Shown: piece by piece, positions 20,402 to 29,013 of the stretch
Numbering within the stretch: position 1 is the stretch's first letter
How the letters are laid out: every line of letters starts with the position of its first letter
Source of the DNA: a virus
Lineage: Duplodnaviria; Caudoviricetes
DNA: 64,000 nucleotides
Virus record (IMG/VR): IMGVR_UViG_3300028048_000001
Span: 64,001 to 128,000 of that record
Strand: one strand, 5' to 3'
Program-made: the position numbers and the translations under genes
The notes under the pieces: generated by a model
Seen by the model: the letters and a program-made list of their open reading frames with translations, nothing else
Databases searched by the model: none
Told to the model about the DNA's origin: nothing

Positions 20402-21283
20402 TCAAAAATTATTATCAGAATAATAGAAAAGAGCTTTTAGAATAATATATTTAAATTCTTCTTTTTGTTGAATAGGAATATTTTCATATTCTCCAGATTT
20501 AATTAGTTCGATTGCAACATTGATATCAAGTTCTGATAATTCATCCATATTTTTTATATATTCTTCTATTTCTTCATCTATTTTTCTTTCCTCTTCTTCG
20601 TCATCATTTAAATTATCAGATTTTGATTCTGTTTCGCTTTCATCATCCTCATCATCTTCATCATCAATATCTATATCAACATATGATCTAATTATATTTT
20701 CATTTTTCATATCATATGTTTCTGATAAATCTGTAAGATCTACATTATTAATTACTAATTTTTCATACGGACCTCCCCAAAAACATCCTTCTACTGTAAG
20801 TGTATTTTCAAAATTATTATCAGAATCTTGAAAATATGATATTTCTGTAGGACAGAACCCATTATAAGAAGGTCTATTATCACCTTCATTTATTACATAG
20901 CCATACATATAAGATTTAATTTCCCCATCAGTAAGATTTAATACTGTTAAACTCATATATTGAGATGAAGTAATAATAAATTCTTTTTTATTTTGTATAG
21001 TATATATAATTTGCGTGCTGCTAAGAGAATGATAATTTCTTCCAAATGTCATATATGGAAGAAAATCATTTGAACTTTCATCAAATTTTAATATATCATA
21101 AGAAGATACGTCCCAATAATGAGAATCTGGGTCTTTAAATTTATAAATATGCTCTATAATTTTCCATTTATTTAAATCCATAGAAAAATCAGAATTATCT
21201 TCACTAGGATTTTTTTCTGTTTGTTCTACTTCTTCATATCCTTTATCTATAAAATTCTGAATATCAATCACACTTGTTATCAT
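20402..21283 (-). CDS. Hypothetical protein with a strongly acidic segment
   Basis: 293-aa ORF overlapping the upstream gene; D/E-rich tract near the C-terminus. Confidence 0.6.
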   Translation of the reverse strand: MITSVIDIQNFIDKGYEEVEQTEKNPSEDNSDFSMDLNKWKIIEHIYKFKDPDSHYWDVSSYDILKFDESSNDFLPYMTFGRNYHSLSSTQIIYTIQNKKEFIITSSQYMSLTVLNLTDGEIKSYMYGYVINEGDNRPSYNGFCPTEISYFQDSDNNFENTLTVEGCFWGGPYEKLVINNVDLTDLSETYDMKNENIIRSYVDIDIDDEDDEDDESETESKSDNLNDDEEEERKIDEEIEEYIKNMDELSELDINVAIELIKSGEYENIPIQQKEEFKYIILKALFYYSDNNF

Positions 21284-21803
21284 ATGTAGTACCTATCACC
21301 TTTCCATTTTCATCCGAAATAATCCAATCTGGTGTTTTATTTATAGATTTTATTCCACCATGTTCAGGAATAAGTACTTTACTATTATTAGAAGGTACTC
21401 TTGCTTCTCTTGCTGAAATATTTTTCCAAGCAAGCTGAATATCTGAATCTATTCTTCCTCCCAAAGGAAGTTTTCTTCCAGTTTTAAGATAAGTATAAGT
21501 AAATTCTTTTGATAAATTTACCATACCCTGTGCATCAGTTTTAGTAAATTCATATTTATCTGCAAGTTCTGTAGCTTCTTTAATAGGAATTTTAGTAATA
21601 CTTGATACAGCATTGGCTACAATTTTTCTTAACTCTCTTGAAGGATAATAAGTCTCTACTCCATTTAATGTACCATAAATTTTAGTAGAATATTCTGTAT
21701 CATTCATAAGAGCTTTCATTACAGTAACTTCATCTTTTTTTGAAGAAGATTTTTGTTTTACATTATCTGTTACAATTTTGATTACTTCTCTTGCATTCTC
21801 CAT
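21264..21803 (-). CDS. Putative divergent HU/IHF-like DNA-binding protein
   Basis: Start reassigned to the ATG at 21803 (GAAGGAG RBS). SSITKIPIKEATEL...LKTGRKLPLGG...AREARVP...KVLIP parallels the HU helix and arm pattern. Confidence 0.4.
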   Translation of the reverse strand: MENAREVIKIVTDNVKQKSSSKKDEVTVMKALMNDTEYSTKIYGTLNGVETYYPSRELRKIVANAVSSITKIPIKEATELADKYEFTKTDAQGMVNLSKEFTYTYLKTGRKLPLGGRIDSDIQLAWKNISAREARVPSNNSKVLIPEHGGIKSINKTPDWIISDENGKVIGTTYDNKCD

Positions 21804-21939
21804 TATTTTCTCCTTCATCATTATTATCTATAAATGTAATAGCATTTGCCATTTTTTTCTTTCCATGTTGTGATATAAATTTATTTAATTCTTCTGGTGT
21901 AGTAGAACATAATATTTTATAAAAATTTTCTTTTTCCAT
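21763..21939 (-). CDS. Small 58-aa protein absent from the ORF track (MEKENFYKILCSTTPEELNKFISQHGKKK...)
   Basis: AGGAG RBS upstream of the ATG at 21939; frame open to TAA at 21763; overlaps the start of the next gene. Confidence 0.6.
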   Translation of the reverse strand: MEKENFYKILCSTTPEELNKFISQHGKKKMANAITFIDNNDEGENNGECKRSNQNCNR

Positions 21940-22018
21940 ACATCTCTCCTAAACAATCTATATTTGATAGTTTGAGAATAGTTAAAAATTAAAATTAACA
22001 TATATTTTTCAATATATG

Positions 22019-22366
22019 TTAATTTTTCTTTAATCTTCCATCTTTCAATGCTTCTTCTAATTCAGATGGATGTATGTCCATAAGTTTCATAGGATCAATG
22101 TTATCATCTTGAAAAAGTACTTTTCTATATTTACATCCATCAATATTACAAAAGAAACACATTGTTCCTCTTGTCATTACATAACATCTGTTTGATAAAC
22201 CATGAATAATATTATCATATTTATTATCAATATCTTTAATTTTAGATTTTAGATCTTCATTTTCTTTAATCAAATTATTAAAATGCGTAATAGTTGCTTT
22301 TTGAAGTTTAGGATCAAGTTTTCCAAAATTATTGCTTAAATTTCTCATAGCCATCTCATTAGTCAT
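22019..22366 (-). CDS. Hypothetical protein with Cys cluster
   Basis: 115 aa, AGGAGG RBS, C..CFFC...C motif, early-type promoter upstream. Confidence 0.6.
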   Translation of the reverse strand: MTNEMAMRNLSNNFGKLDPKLQKATITHFNNLIKENEDLKSKIKDIDNKYDNIIHGLSNRCYVMTRGTMCFFCNIDGCKYRKVLFQDDNIDPMKLMDIHPSELEEALKDGRLKKN

Positions 22367-22407
22367 TTTATTCCTCCTAAAAATCCTAAAAATAGTAGAA
22401 TATTAGT

Positions 22408-22423
22408 TTCATTATTATAATAT
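22408..22423 (-). promoter_or_regulatory. Early-type phage promoter motif
   Basis: ATATTATAATAATGAA upstream of 22366. Confidence 0.65.
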
Positions 22424-22467
22424 CTATATGAAAATTAACTTTAATTAATGATAAAATCCCCCAGAAG

Positions 22468-22481
22468 AACTTTTCTATAAT
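22468..22481 (+). promoter_or_regulatory. Late-type phage promoter motif
   Basis: AACTTTTCTATAAT upstream of the RNAP beta-like gene. Confidence 0.55.
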
Positions 22482-22505
22482 CTATATATAGGAGGAAGCT
22501 TAATA

Positions 22506-25500
22506 ATGGTATCATTAGATGATCTTAAAGAATTGGTTATGTATAAAAAGCCATTCTTTTTGCCAATAGATCCTAAAGATAAGAAAAAAGGATCTGCCAT
22601 TATGCTTTTAACCCCAAATTATAAATCTTCAATGATTGCAATGACAGCACCTTATACTATTAATAGAAGATATTTTGAATCTTATTATTTCGAAAGAACT
22701 GTTACAAGATATATTAAAAATGAATCAGTAATATATCCAGAAGATCCTGGAGAATATATTTTTGAATCTGCTCTTTCGAGTAAAGATAGAAATGATTTAC
22801 CAGATTCAGAATTTGGATTACCTTCTCAAAGAAGATATCCAATGCCAGATAAATCTCATGTATTATCTGCTATTAGATTCTTCAATCATGTAGAAGAAGA
22901 ATATGAAGCCGAACTTGCTAAAAATATTATTAAAAAAATTAAAAAATTTGATATGGCAAGTGAAGTTCATGTTGGGAAAAATAATAGATTTCTTCCATAT
23001 TGGGAAAAATCTGGACTTGCTTCTTCTATAAATGAAAATGCAGAAGAATATTTAGATGAGTTTGTTGTATCAAAAGGAATTGAAATTCTTAATAAAAAAA
23101 TTTATTCATCTAGTAATCTTTTATTTTCTGGATATAAAAGAGATATAGATATAGTAAAGAAATATATTACAAAAGATGATGGTGTAATTCCTTTTAAAAA
23201 ATTAGAGATAGATGTTCCTAAATCTATAAATGTAGTAGTAACAAGTAATCCTAAAATAGAAGAAGAGATTACTTATAATTCTCTTTTAATATATACACCA
23301 AATGCTTTTAAGAAAAGAGGATATGAGTTTGATTATGAATCTTATATTAAATTCATATTTCAATTATATGCAATATATACAATAAAGCCAATTACTGGTG
23401 TTCATGTATTAGATAATTTAGCGGAACCTTTAGCAATTTTGTTATCTGGAATTGTTGATGATAAACTTGATATCGAAGAAAATCAAGATAAATTTTATGT
23501 AGAAAGAGTATTTAGATATATAAAATATACAAAAGGAATGACAGAAATTAAGAATATTCTTATATCAAATAATCTTATAGCATTTTATAGATATGCTAAA
23601 GAATATTCTAATAAATATGAACAATTTAGAAAAAATATAAAAGAATCCGATCTTTATATAGAACAAGATTGTTATGATTATTTAAATGAATGTAAAAAAT
23701 ACGAATCTCTTACAGAAGAAGAATTAGCTGTTCCTGAATCTATTAAAAAAATTCAAAATTTGGCTACAAATCTTAAAAGAAGAATAAGAAAGCAATCTGT
23801 ATATAAATTAAATAAAATTAGAAGAGATCTTCTTAGAGGTAATTTAGGTAAAGAAGAAAAAGGTGCTGGATTATCTACATTACAACAACTTCAAACTGGT
23901 AATATTAGTGGTGAATCTAAACCAGAAAATGTAGAAGAAGGAACATTTGAAAAATTTAAAAAATGGTCTCAAGGAGATTATATCCTTGAAGGAAATTTAA
24001 TGTATCTTTTTGAGGATAATATTAATTATGATATGTTCCTTAGAAAAGCATTATATAAAGATAGATTAAGAAATGTTAAACAAGCAATAGCTATATATAA
24101 AAATGTAAAAGCAACTATGCCTTTTATTAAGTATGCATTTCCTGATCTTTATAGATATAATAGAAAAAATTTATTTTATGATCTTTCTTTTTATAATGAA
24201 ACATTCTTTAAGAATTTTGATGAAATAAATATAGATGATAAAATTAATTCATTAAGAAAATTTAAAGTTTATGCAGAATTGATGAATAGACTTATCTCTT
24301 CTAATGAATTAACAAATTATTCAAAGAAAACTATATTTATTCCTATTCTTGACTGGAGACATAATAATTCTCTCAAAATGTGGATGTACAAAGAAGATGT
24401 TAATCCAATTTCTGTAATATATTATTATATGAAATTTGATCAAATGTCTCTTAAGAAGTTATTTAGTAATTATGACGTTGTATTTATGGGTGCTAAAAAC
24501 TATTTTAAAATAAATTTCTCAAAAACAGATTTTAGTAAACCTGCAAATATTACTAAATTTATGATCCTTTTAAGAAGAATTATTGCTCTTGGATATAATT
24601 CTCCAGCAGATCCAGATCCAGAAGGAGAATTCGAAGATTCACCTACTGGTATTGCTATGGATATTGTTGATAAAATTGAAAAATCTCAAAATATATCTAT
24701 CGATAATGTATCAAAATTTAATGATTTAAATAAATCTGCTGATTTATTTAATAATGATTTTAATAAAGTAACAAATACTGATAATACAGTTACTGCAGTA
24801 AAAAAAGAAATAGTAAACGATGATAAAGATTCTAATCTTACAAAAATATCTATTACTGGTAAAGTAAATGTTAAAGATAGATCTAAATCGTTTAGAGGTA
24901 AATCAATATCTGCTCCTGTAGAAGTTGAAAAAATTACTGTTACTAAAGATCAATCTGATGCTGACACTAAATTTTCTTCAGAAGATAAAGCTGTTAATAC
25001 AACTTCTGAAGAAGATAGAAAAGATGTTATTATTGATAAAATTGCTGATGTGGCTAACAGTGCAACGTCTGTAGATGATGCATTAGATAAATTAGATAAT
25101 GATGAATTTAAAGCTCTTATAATATCTTTACAAACAGATTCTGAAGAAAATGTTAGAGTTGATAAAACTAGAGCATCAAAAATCGTACAGATTGAAGATG
25201 AATTCCATAAAAAAGAAGTTGCAGGAAAATCTGTTAAAGAGATGCTTGAATCTGATCCTGCAAAAACTAAATTAGAAAGTACAAAACTTAAAGTATCTTC
25301 AATTAATAATGACTGGAATAATATGTCTTTCATGAATTTTGATAAGAATTATGATCCAGATACAGATATTGTTAAGATGCTTGATTCGATGCAACATTGG
25401 ACTTTTCCAATAGCTGTAAAAAATATAAATATTAAAGATAATTCAACATCAGAAGATTATGTTGATCTTTGGACAATAGAATGTATAGATTATAAAGGAA

Positions 25501-28292
25501 CCAAATTTACTTTAAAAGTAGATATTCCTAAATTTATTAAAGGATCAAATCTTCTTAAATTAAGAGGAAATGAAAAGAATATATTTATTCAATCTGTAAT
25601 GATTCCTATCACTAAAAGTGATATAGATGAATGCCAGATTATTGGTACTGGTGGATATAATAAAATATTTGTAAGAAGATTTGGATCTAGAAAAGGTCAA
25701 TCTATGCCATCTACCAATAAACTTATTAGAACTTTAAATAGATTGATTAAAAATAATTCTTCAGAAGTTAAAATTATTCCTGGAGATAATACTAATGTTT
25801 GTAATAAATATGAATTACCTATGGATTATACAGATATTGCATCTGTAATAGATTATATTGAAACCAATCAATATAAATTCTATTTTAATCAGGATATATT
25901 TAGAACAGAATATGTTGTAGACGATACTAAAGGTATCCCGATTGCTATAAAGAAAGTATATGATTCTAAAACCAAGAAAGCAACAGAATGTATTGTATAT
26001 TATAATGAATCTATTAAACGAGATTTTCCAACTATTAATGGATATATTGGACTTTTACTTTGTGATGAATCTGAAGAATTTAGAAAAATTTATCTCAATT
26101 TAATGACAGCTGGTTCTAGATATTCTTATTCTCAAGCAAGTATTTTAAATTCAAAAATTCCTGTAGTTATTCTTTGTAGTTATTTAGAAGGATTAATGTC
26201 TGTACTTAAGAAAGCTAATATTGCTTATCAATTTGTAAAAGAATTAGATAAAGGGTACAGATATTCTGATAGATATGATTATATTAAATTTAAAGATGGA
26301 TATTTGTTATATGAAGTAAATTATTCTTCTTCTCTTCTTATGAATGGATTTAAAGAATGCGATACAGAATCTTATTCTATTAAAGATATTAATAATAGAA
26401 TAATGTATATGGAATTCTTAGAAAACTATGGTGGCACTTTAAAGGCTGATGGTATCGAGAATTCTTATGATTGTATGCTTGATCCTATTACTAAAGAAAT
26501 ATTAAGTATTTATAAACTTCCTACAGATTATGTATCTGTATTGATTCATGCCAATAATCTTCTTTCAGATAATAAATATATTAGACACACAGATCAAGCT
26601 GGAAGAAGATGGAGAAGAAAAGAATTAATTGCTGGATATTTTTATAAAGCATTAACTACTGCTTATCAAGAATATGCTAACTCATCTAGACGTAATAGAA
26701 AAACTACAAAAATGTCTATGAAACAATCTGCTGTTATTGATCTTATAGTTTCAATAGATCCTACGACATCAAATTATTCTGCAAATAATGTAATTAATGA
26801 TGTAGAATGTACTAATACTATAACAAGTAAAGGTCTTGTAGGTATGAACCAAGCTAGAGCATATTCTGTTGGGACTCGTACTTATGATAAATCAATGCTT
26901 AATGTTATGGGTATGGATACAGCTTTCTCTGGTAATGTTGGTATCAATAGACAAGCCACTATTGATGCTAATATAGAAAATGAAAGAGGATTAATAAAAA
27001 CGATAGATGGAGATACAGATAAATTATCTGTTGCTAAAACTCTTACTATTACAGAAGCTATGACTCCACTTGGATCTACTCATGATGATCCACAAAGAAC
27101 ATTAATGACATATGCTCAGACATCTAAGCATATGGTTAGATGTTTAAATAATGATCCAATGCTGGTTACAAATGGTGCAGATGAAGCTTTGCCATATCTT
27201 GCATCTAATATATTTTCATATAAAGCTAAACAAGATGGTGTTGTAATAGAATTAGTTGAGCATGGTTATCTTAAAGATAATTACATGATTATACAATATA
27301 AAGATGGCACCAAAGAATATATTGATCTTAAAGAAGAAATTAAACAGAACTCTGATGGTGGATATTTTGTACCAATAAAATTATCTACTGATTTAAAATT
27401 AGGTTCTAAATTTAAAGCTAATGATATTCTTGCTTATGATAAATTATCTTTCTCAAAATCTTTAGGAGAATCTGGAAATCTTGCTGGTGCTATTGGAACT
27501 TTAGCTAAAGTTGCGATAATTAATACAGATGAAGGATTCGAAGATTCAGCTGCTGTAACAGAATCTTTTGCTGCTAAATTAGGTACAGAAGTTATAATGC
27601 CTATTGAAGCTGTTATAGATAAAGGTTCTAATATACAAGTTTATAAAACTCTTGGTGATAATGTAATGGAAGGAGATACATTATTTACATATCAGGCAGA
27701 TTTTGATGAAGATGTTGCTAATACTCTGCTTAAAAATCTTGCTATGGATAGTAGTGGAATCTCTGATCTTGGTAAAAATCCAATAAAAACTAAATATACA
27801 GGAATTGTAGCAGATATAAAAATATATAGAACAGTTGAATTAGATGAACTTTCAGATTCTTTAAGAAGAATTGTTGAAAATTATGAGAAAGAAATTAAAA
27901 GAACTAAAAAAATATATAGTAAATATGATTTAGATACATCTACATTACCTATAACTGATAAATTAGATAATGTTGGAAAAGCTAAAAATGTATATGATGG
28001 CGTAAAAATCATATACTACATTAAATATGTAGATAATATAGGAATAGGAGATAAAATTGTATTTTATTCTGCTAATAAAGGAATAATTAAATATCTTATT
28101 CCTAAAGATAAAGAACCATATACAGACTTTAGACCCAATGAACATGTTGATTCATTTATGAGTTTAAGTTCAATTAGTGGTCGTATGACAATGTCTATAC
28201 CAATTTTTGCTTCTGTATCTAAACTTATGGTAGAACTTGATAGATCTGTTAAAGATATAGCTGGAATTCCTTATGATGATTCTAAAATTTAA
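22506..28292 (+). CDS. Phage multisubunit RNA polymerase beta-like subunit with long N-terminal extension (likely virion RNAP)
   Basis: VDIPKF..LKLRGNEKNIFIQ, HDDPQRTLM..QTSKH, GFEDSA, IGDKIVFYSANKGII and ISGRMT correspond to RNAP beta motifs. A late-type promoter upstream suggests the packaged enzyme. Confidence 0.85.
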   Translation: MVSLDDLKELVMYKKPFFLPIDPKDKKKGSAIMLLTPNYKSSMIAMTAPYTINRRYFESYYFERTVTRYIKNESVIYPEDPGEYIFESALSSKDRNDLPDSEFGLPSQRRYPMPDKSHVLSAIRFFNHVEEEYEAELAKNIIKKIKKFDMASEVHVGKNNRFLPYWEKSGLASSINENAEEYLDEFVVSKGIEILNKKIYSSSNLLFSGYKRDIDIVKKYITKDDGVIPFKKLEIDVPKSINVVVTSNPKIEEEITYNSLLIYTPNAFKKRGYEFDYESYIKFIFQLYAIYTIKPITGVHVLDNLAEPLAILLSGIVDDKLDIEENQDKFYVERVFRYIKYTKGMTEIKNILISNNLIAFYRYAKEYSNKYEQFRKNIKESDLYIEQDCYDYLNECKKYESLTEEELAVPESIKKIQNLATNLKRRIRKQSVYKLNKIRRDLLRGNLGKEEKGAGLSTLQQLQTGNISGESKPENVEEGTFEKFKKWSQGDYILEGNLMYLFEDNINYDMFLRKALYKDRLRNVKQAIAIYKNVKATMPFIKYAFPDLYRYNRKNLFYDLSFYNETFFKNFDEINIDDKINSLRKFKVYAELMNRLISSNELTNYSKKTIFIPILDWRHNNSLKMWMYKEDVNPISVIYYYMKFDQMSLKKLFSNYDVVFMGAKNYFKINFSKTDFSKPANITKFMILLRRIIALGYNSPADPDPEGEFEDSPTGIAMDIVDKIEKSQNISIDNVSKFNDLNKSADLFNNDFNKVTNTDNTVTAVKKEIVNDDKDSNLTKISITGKVNVKDRSKSFRGKSISAPVEVEKITVTKDQSDADTKFSSEDKAVNTTSEEDRKDVIIDKIADVANSATSVDDALDKLDNDEFKALIISLQTDSEENVRVDKTRASKIVQIEDEFHKKEVAGKSVKEMLESDPAKTKLESTKLKVSSINNDWNNMSFMNFDKNYDPDTDIVKMLDSMQHWTFPIAVKNINIKDNSTSEDYVDLWTIECIDYKGTKFTLKVDIPKFIKGSNLLKLRGNEKNIFIQSVMIPITKSDIDECQIIGTGGYNKIFVRRFGSRKGQSMPSTNKLIRTLNRLIKNNSSEVKIIPGDNTNVCNKYELPMDYTDIASVIDYIETNQYKFYFNQDIFRTEYVVDDTKGIPIAIKKVYDSKTKKATECIVYYNESIKRDFPTINGYIGLLLCDESEEFRKIYLNLMTAGSRYSYSQASILNSKIPVVILCSYLEGLMSVLKKANIAYQFVKELDKGYRYSDRYDYIKFKDGYLLYEVNYSSSLLMNGFKECDTESYSIKDINNRIMYMEFLENYGGTLKADGIENSYDCMLDPITKEILSIYKLPTDYVSVLIHANNLLSDNKYIRHTDQAGRRWRRKELIAGYFYKALTTAYQEYANSSRRNRKTTKMSMKQSAVIDLIVSIDPTTSNYSANNVINDVECTNTITSKGLVGMNQARAYSVGTRTYDKSMLNVMGMDTAFSGNVGINRQATIDANIENERGLIKTIDGDTDKLSVAKTLTITEAMTPLGSTHDDPQRTLMTYAQTSKHMVRCLNNDPMLVTNGADEALPYLASNIFSYKAKQDGVVIELVEHGYLKDNYMIIQYKDGTKEYIDLKEEIKQNSDGGYFVPIKLSTDLKLGSKFKANDILAYDKLSFSKSLGESGNLAGAIGTLAKVAIINTDEGFEDSAAVTESFAAKLGTEVIMPIEAVIDKGSNIQVYKTLGDNVMEGDTLFTYQADFDEDVANTLLKNLAMDSSGISDLGKNPIKTKYTGIVADIKIYRTVELDELSDSLRRIVENYEKEIKRTKKIYSKYDLDTSTLPITDKLDNVGKAKNVYDGVKIIYYIKYVDNIGIGDKIVFYSANKGIIKYLIPKDKEPYTDFRPNEHVDSFMSLSSISGRMTMSIPIFASVSKLMVELDRSVKDIAGIPYDDSKI

Positions 28293-28295
28293 AAT

Positions 28296-28335
28296 ATTAA
28301 AGAGAGAGTAGGAAATTTCCTACTCTCTCTTTAAT
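28296..28335. terminator. Bidirectional terminator (perfect 40-bp palindrome)
   Basis: ATTAAAGAGAGAGTAGGAAA/TTTCCTACTCTCTCTTTAAT between convergent genes. Confidence 0.85.
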
Positions 28336-28349
28336 TATTATTTAGATTA

Positions 28350-28916
28350 TTAATTTTCTTCATCAGCTGTACTATCTTTAATATCATTCATATTATTATC
28401 ATTATCAACATTTTCTATATCATTAATTAATTTATCTGTTGGATCTACAAAAGACATATTATCTTGAGTTTTAAAATTTTCTTCTACTACCATTAAATTA
28501 TAATATAAATCTGGAACAATATTAACATTACCAATATTTTGAACCATTTCTACTATATCATAAAGCCTTACATCATCATAAGATTGTAATGCTTGTAATT
28601 GATAAGGATTTCTCAAAATAGCAGCAAAATAAACCCCATTAATAAAATTAGGATTATTTTCATTTCCTACATTTACAGTAAAAATAGAAATTGGAATAGC
28701 TCTTCTAATTTCTCCACCATTTTGTACTATGATCTCAATATCAGCATTAAATTGTTCAAGATAAAATTTTCTAATAGAATCTTCAATCATTTGGTTTGAT
28801 TCAGATTCGAAAATTCCACAAGACCAAAGATTTGGTATAATTGATTTTTCGCTTCCTTTAGCAACTAAAAATTTTCCAGATGATGTCATGCATACAGTAC
28901 TGATAAACATACCCAT
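28350..28916 (-). CDS. Degenerate Nudix-fold-like protein
   Basis: GKFLVAKGSEK..PNLWSCG..E..NQMIEDSIRKFYLEQF follows the Nudix layout but lacks the canonical REUXEE box. Confidence 0.4.
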   Translation of the reverse strand: MGMFISTVCMTSSGKFLVAKGSEKSIIPNLWSCGIFESESNQMIEDSIRKFYLEQFNADIEIIVQNGGEIRRAIPISIFTVNVGNENNPNFINGVYFAAILRNPYQLQALQSYDDVRLYDIVEMVQNIGNVNIVPDLYYNLMVVEENFKTQDNMSFVDPTDKLINDIENVDNDNNMNDIKDSTADEEN

Positions 28917-28965
28917 ATACTCTCCTTATTAAATTATTTTTATATTCTATGTAAATTACTAAATA

Positions 28966-29008
28966 AAAAATAAATCCAGAGAATTATATTTTCTCTGGAT
29001 TTATTTTT
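28966..29008 (-). terminator. Intrinsic terminator
   Basis: AAAAATAAATCCAGAGAA/TTCTCTGGATTTATTTTT stem, closely related to the stem at 61144-61179. Confidence 0.75.
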
Positions 29009-29013
29009 ATAAA

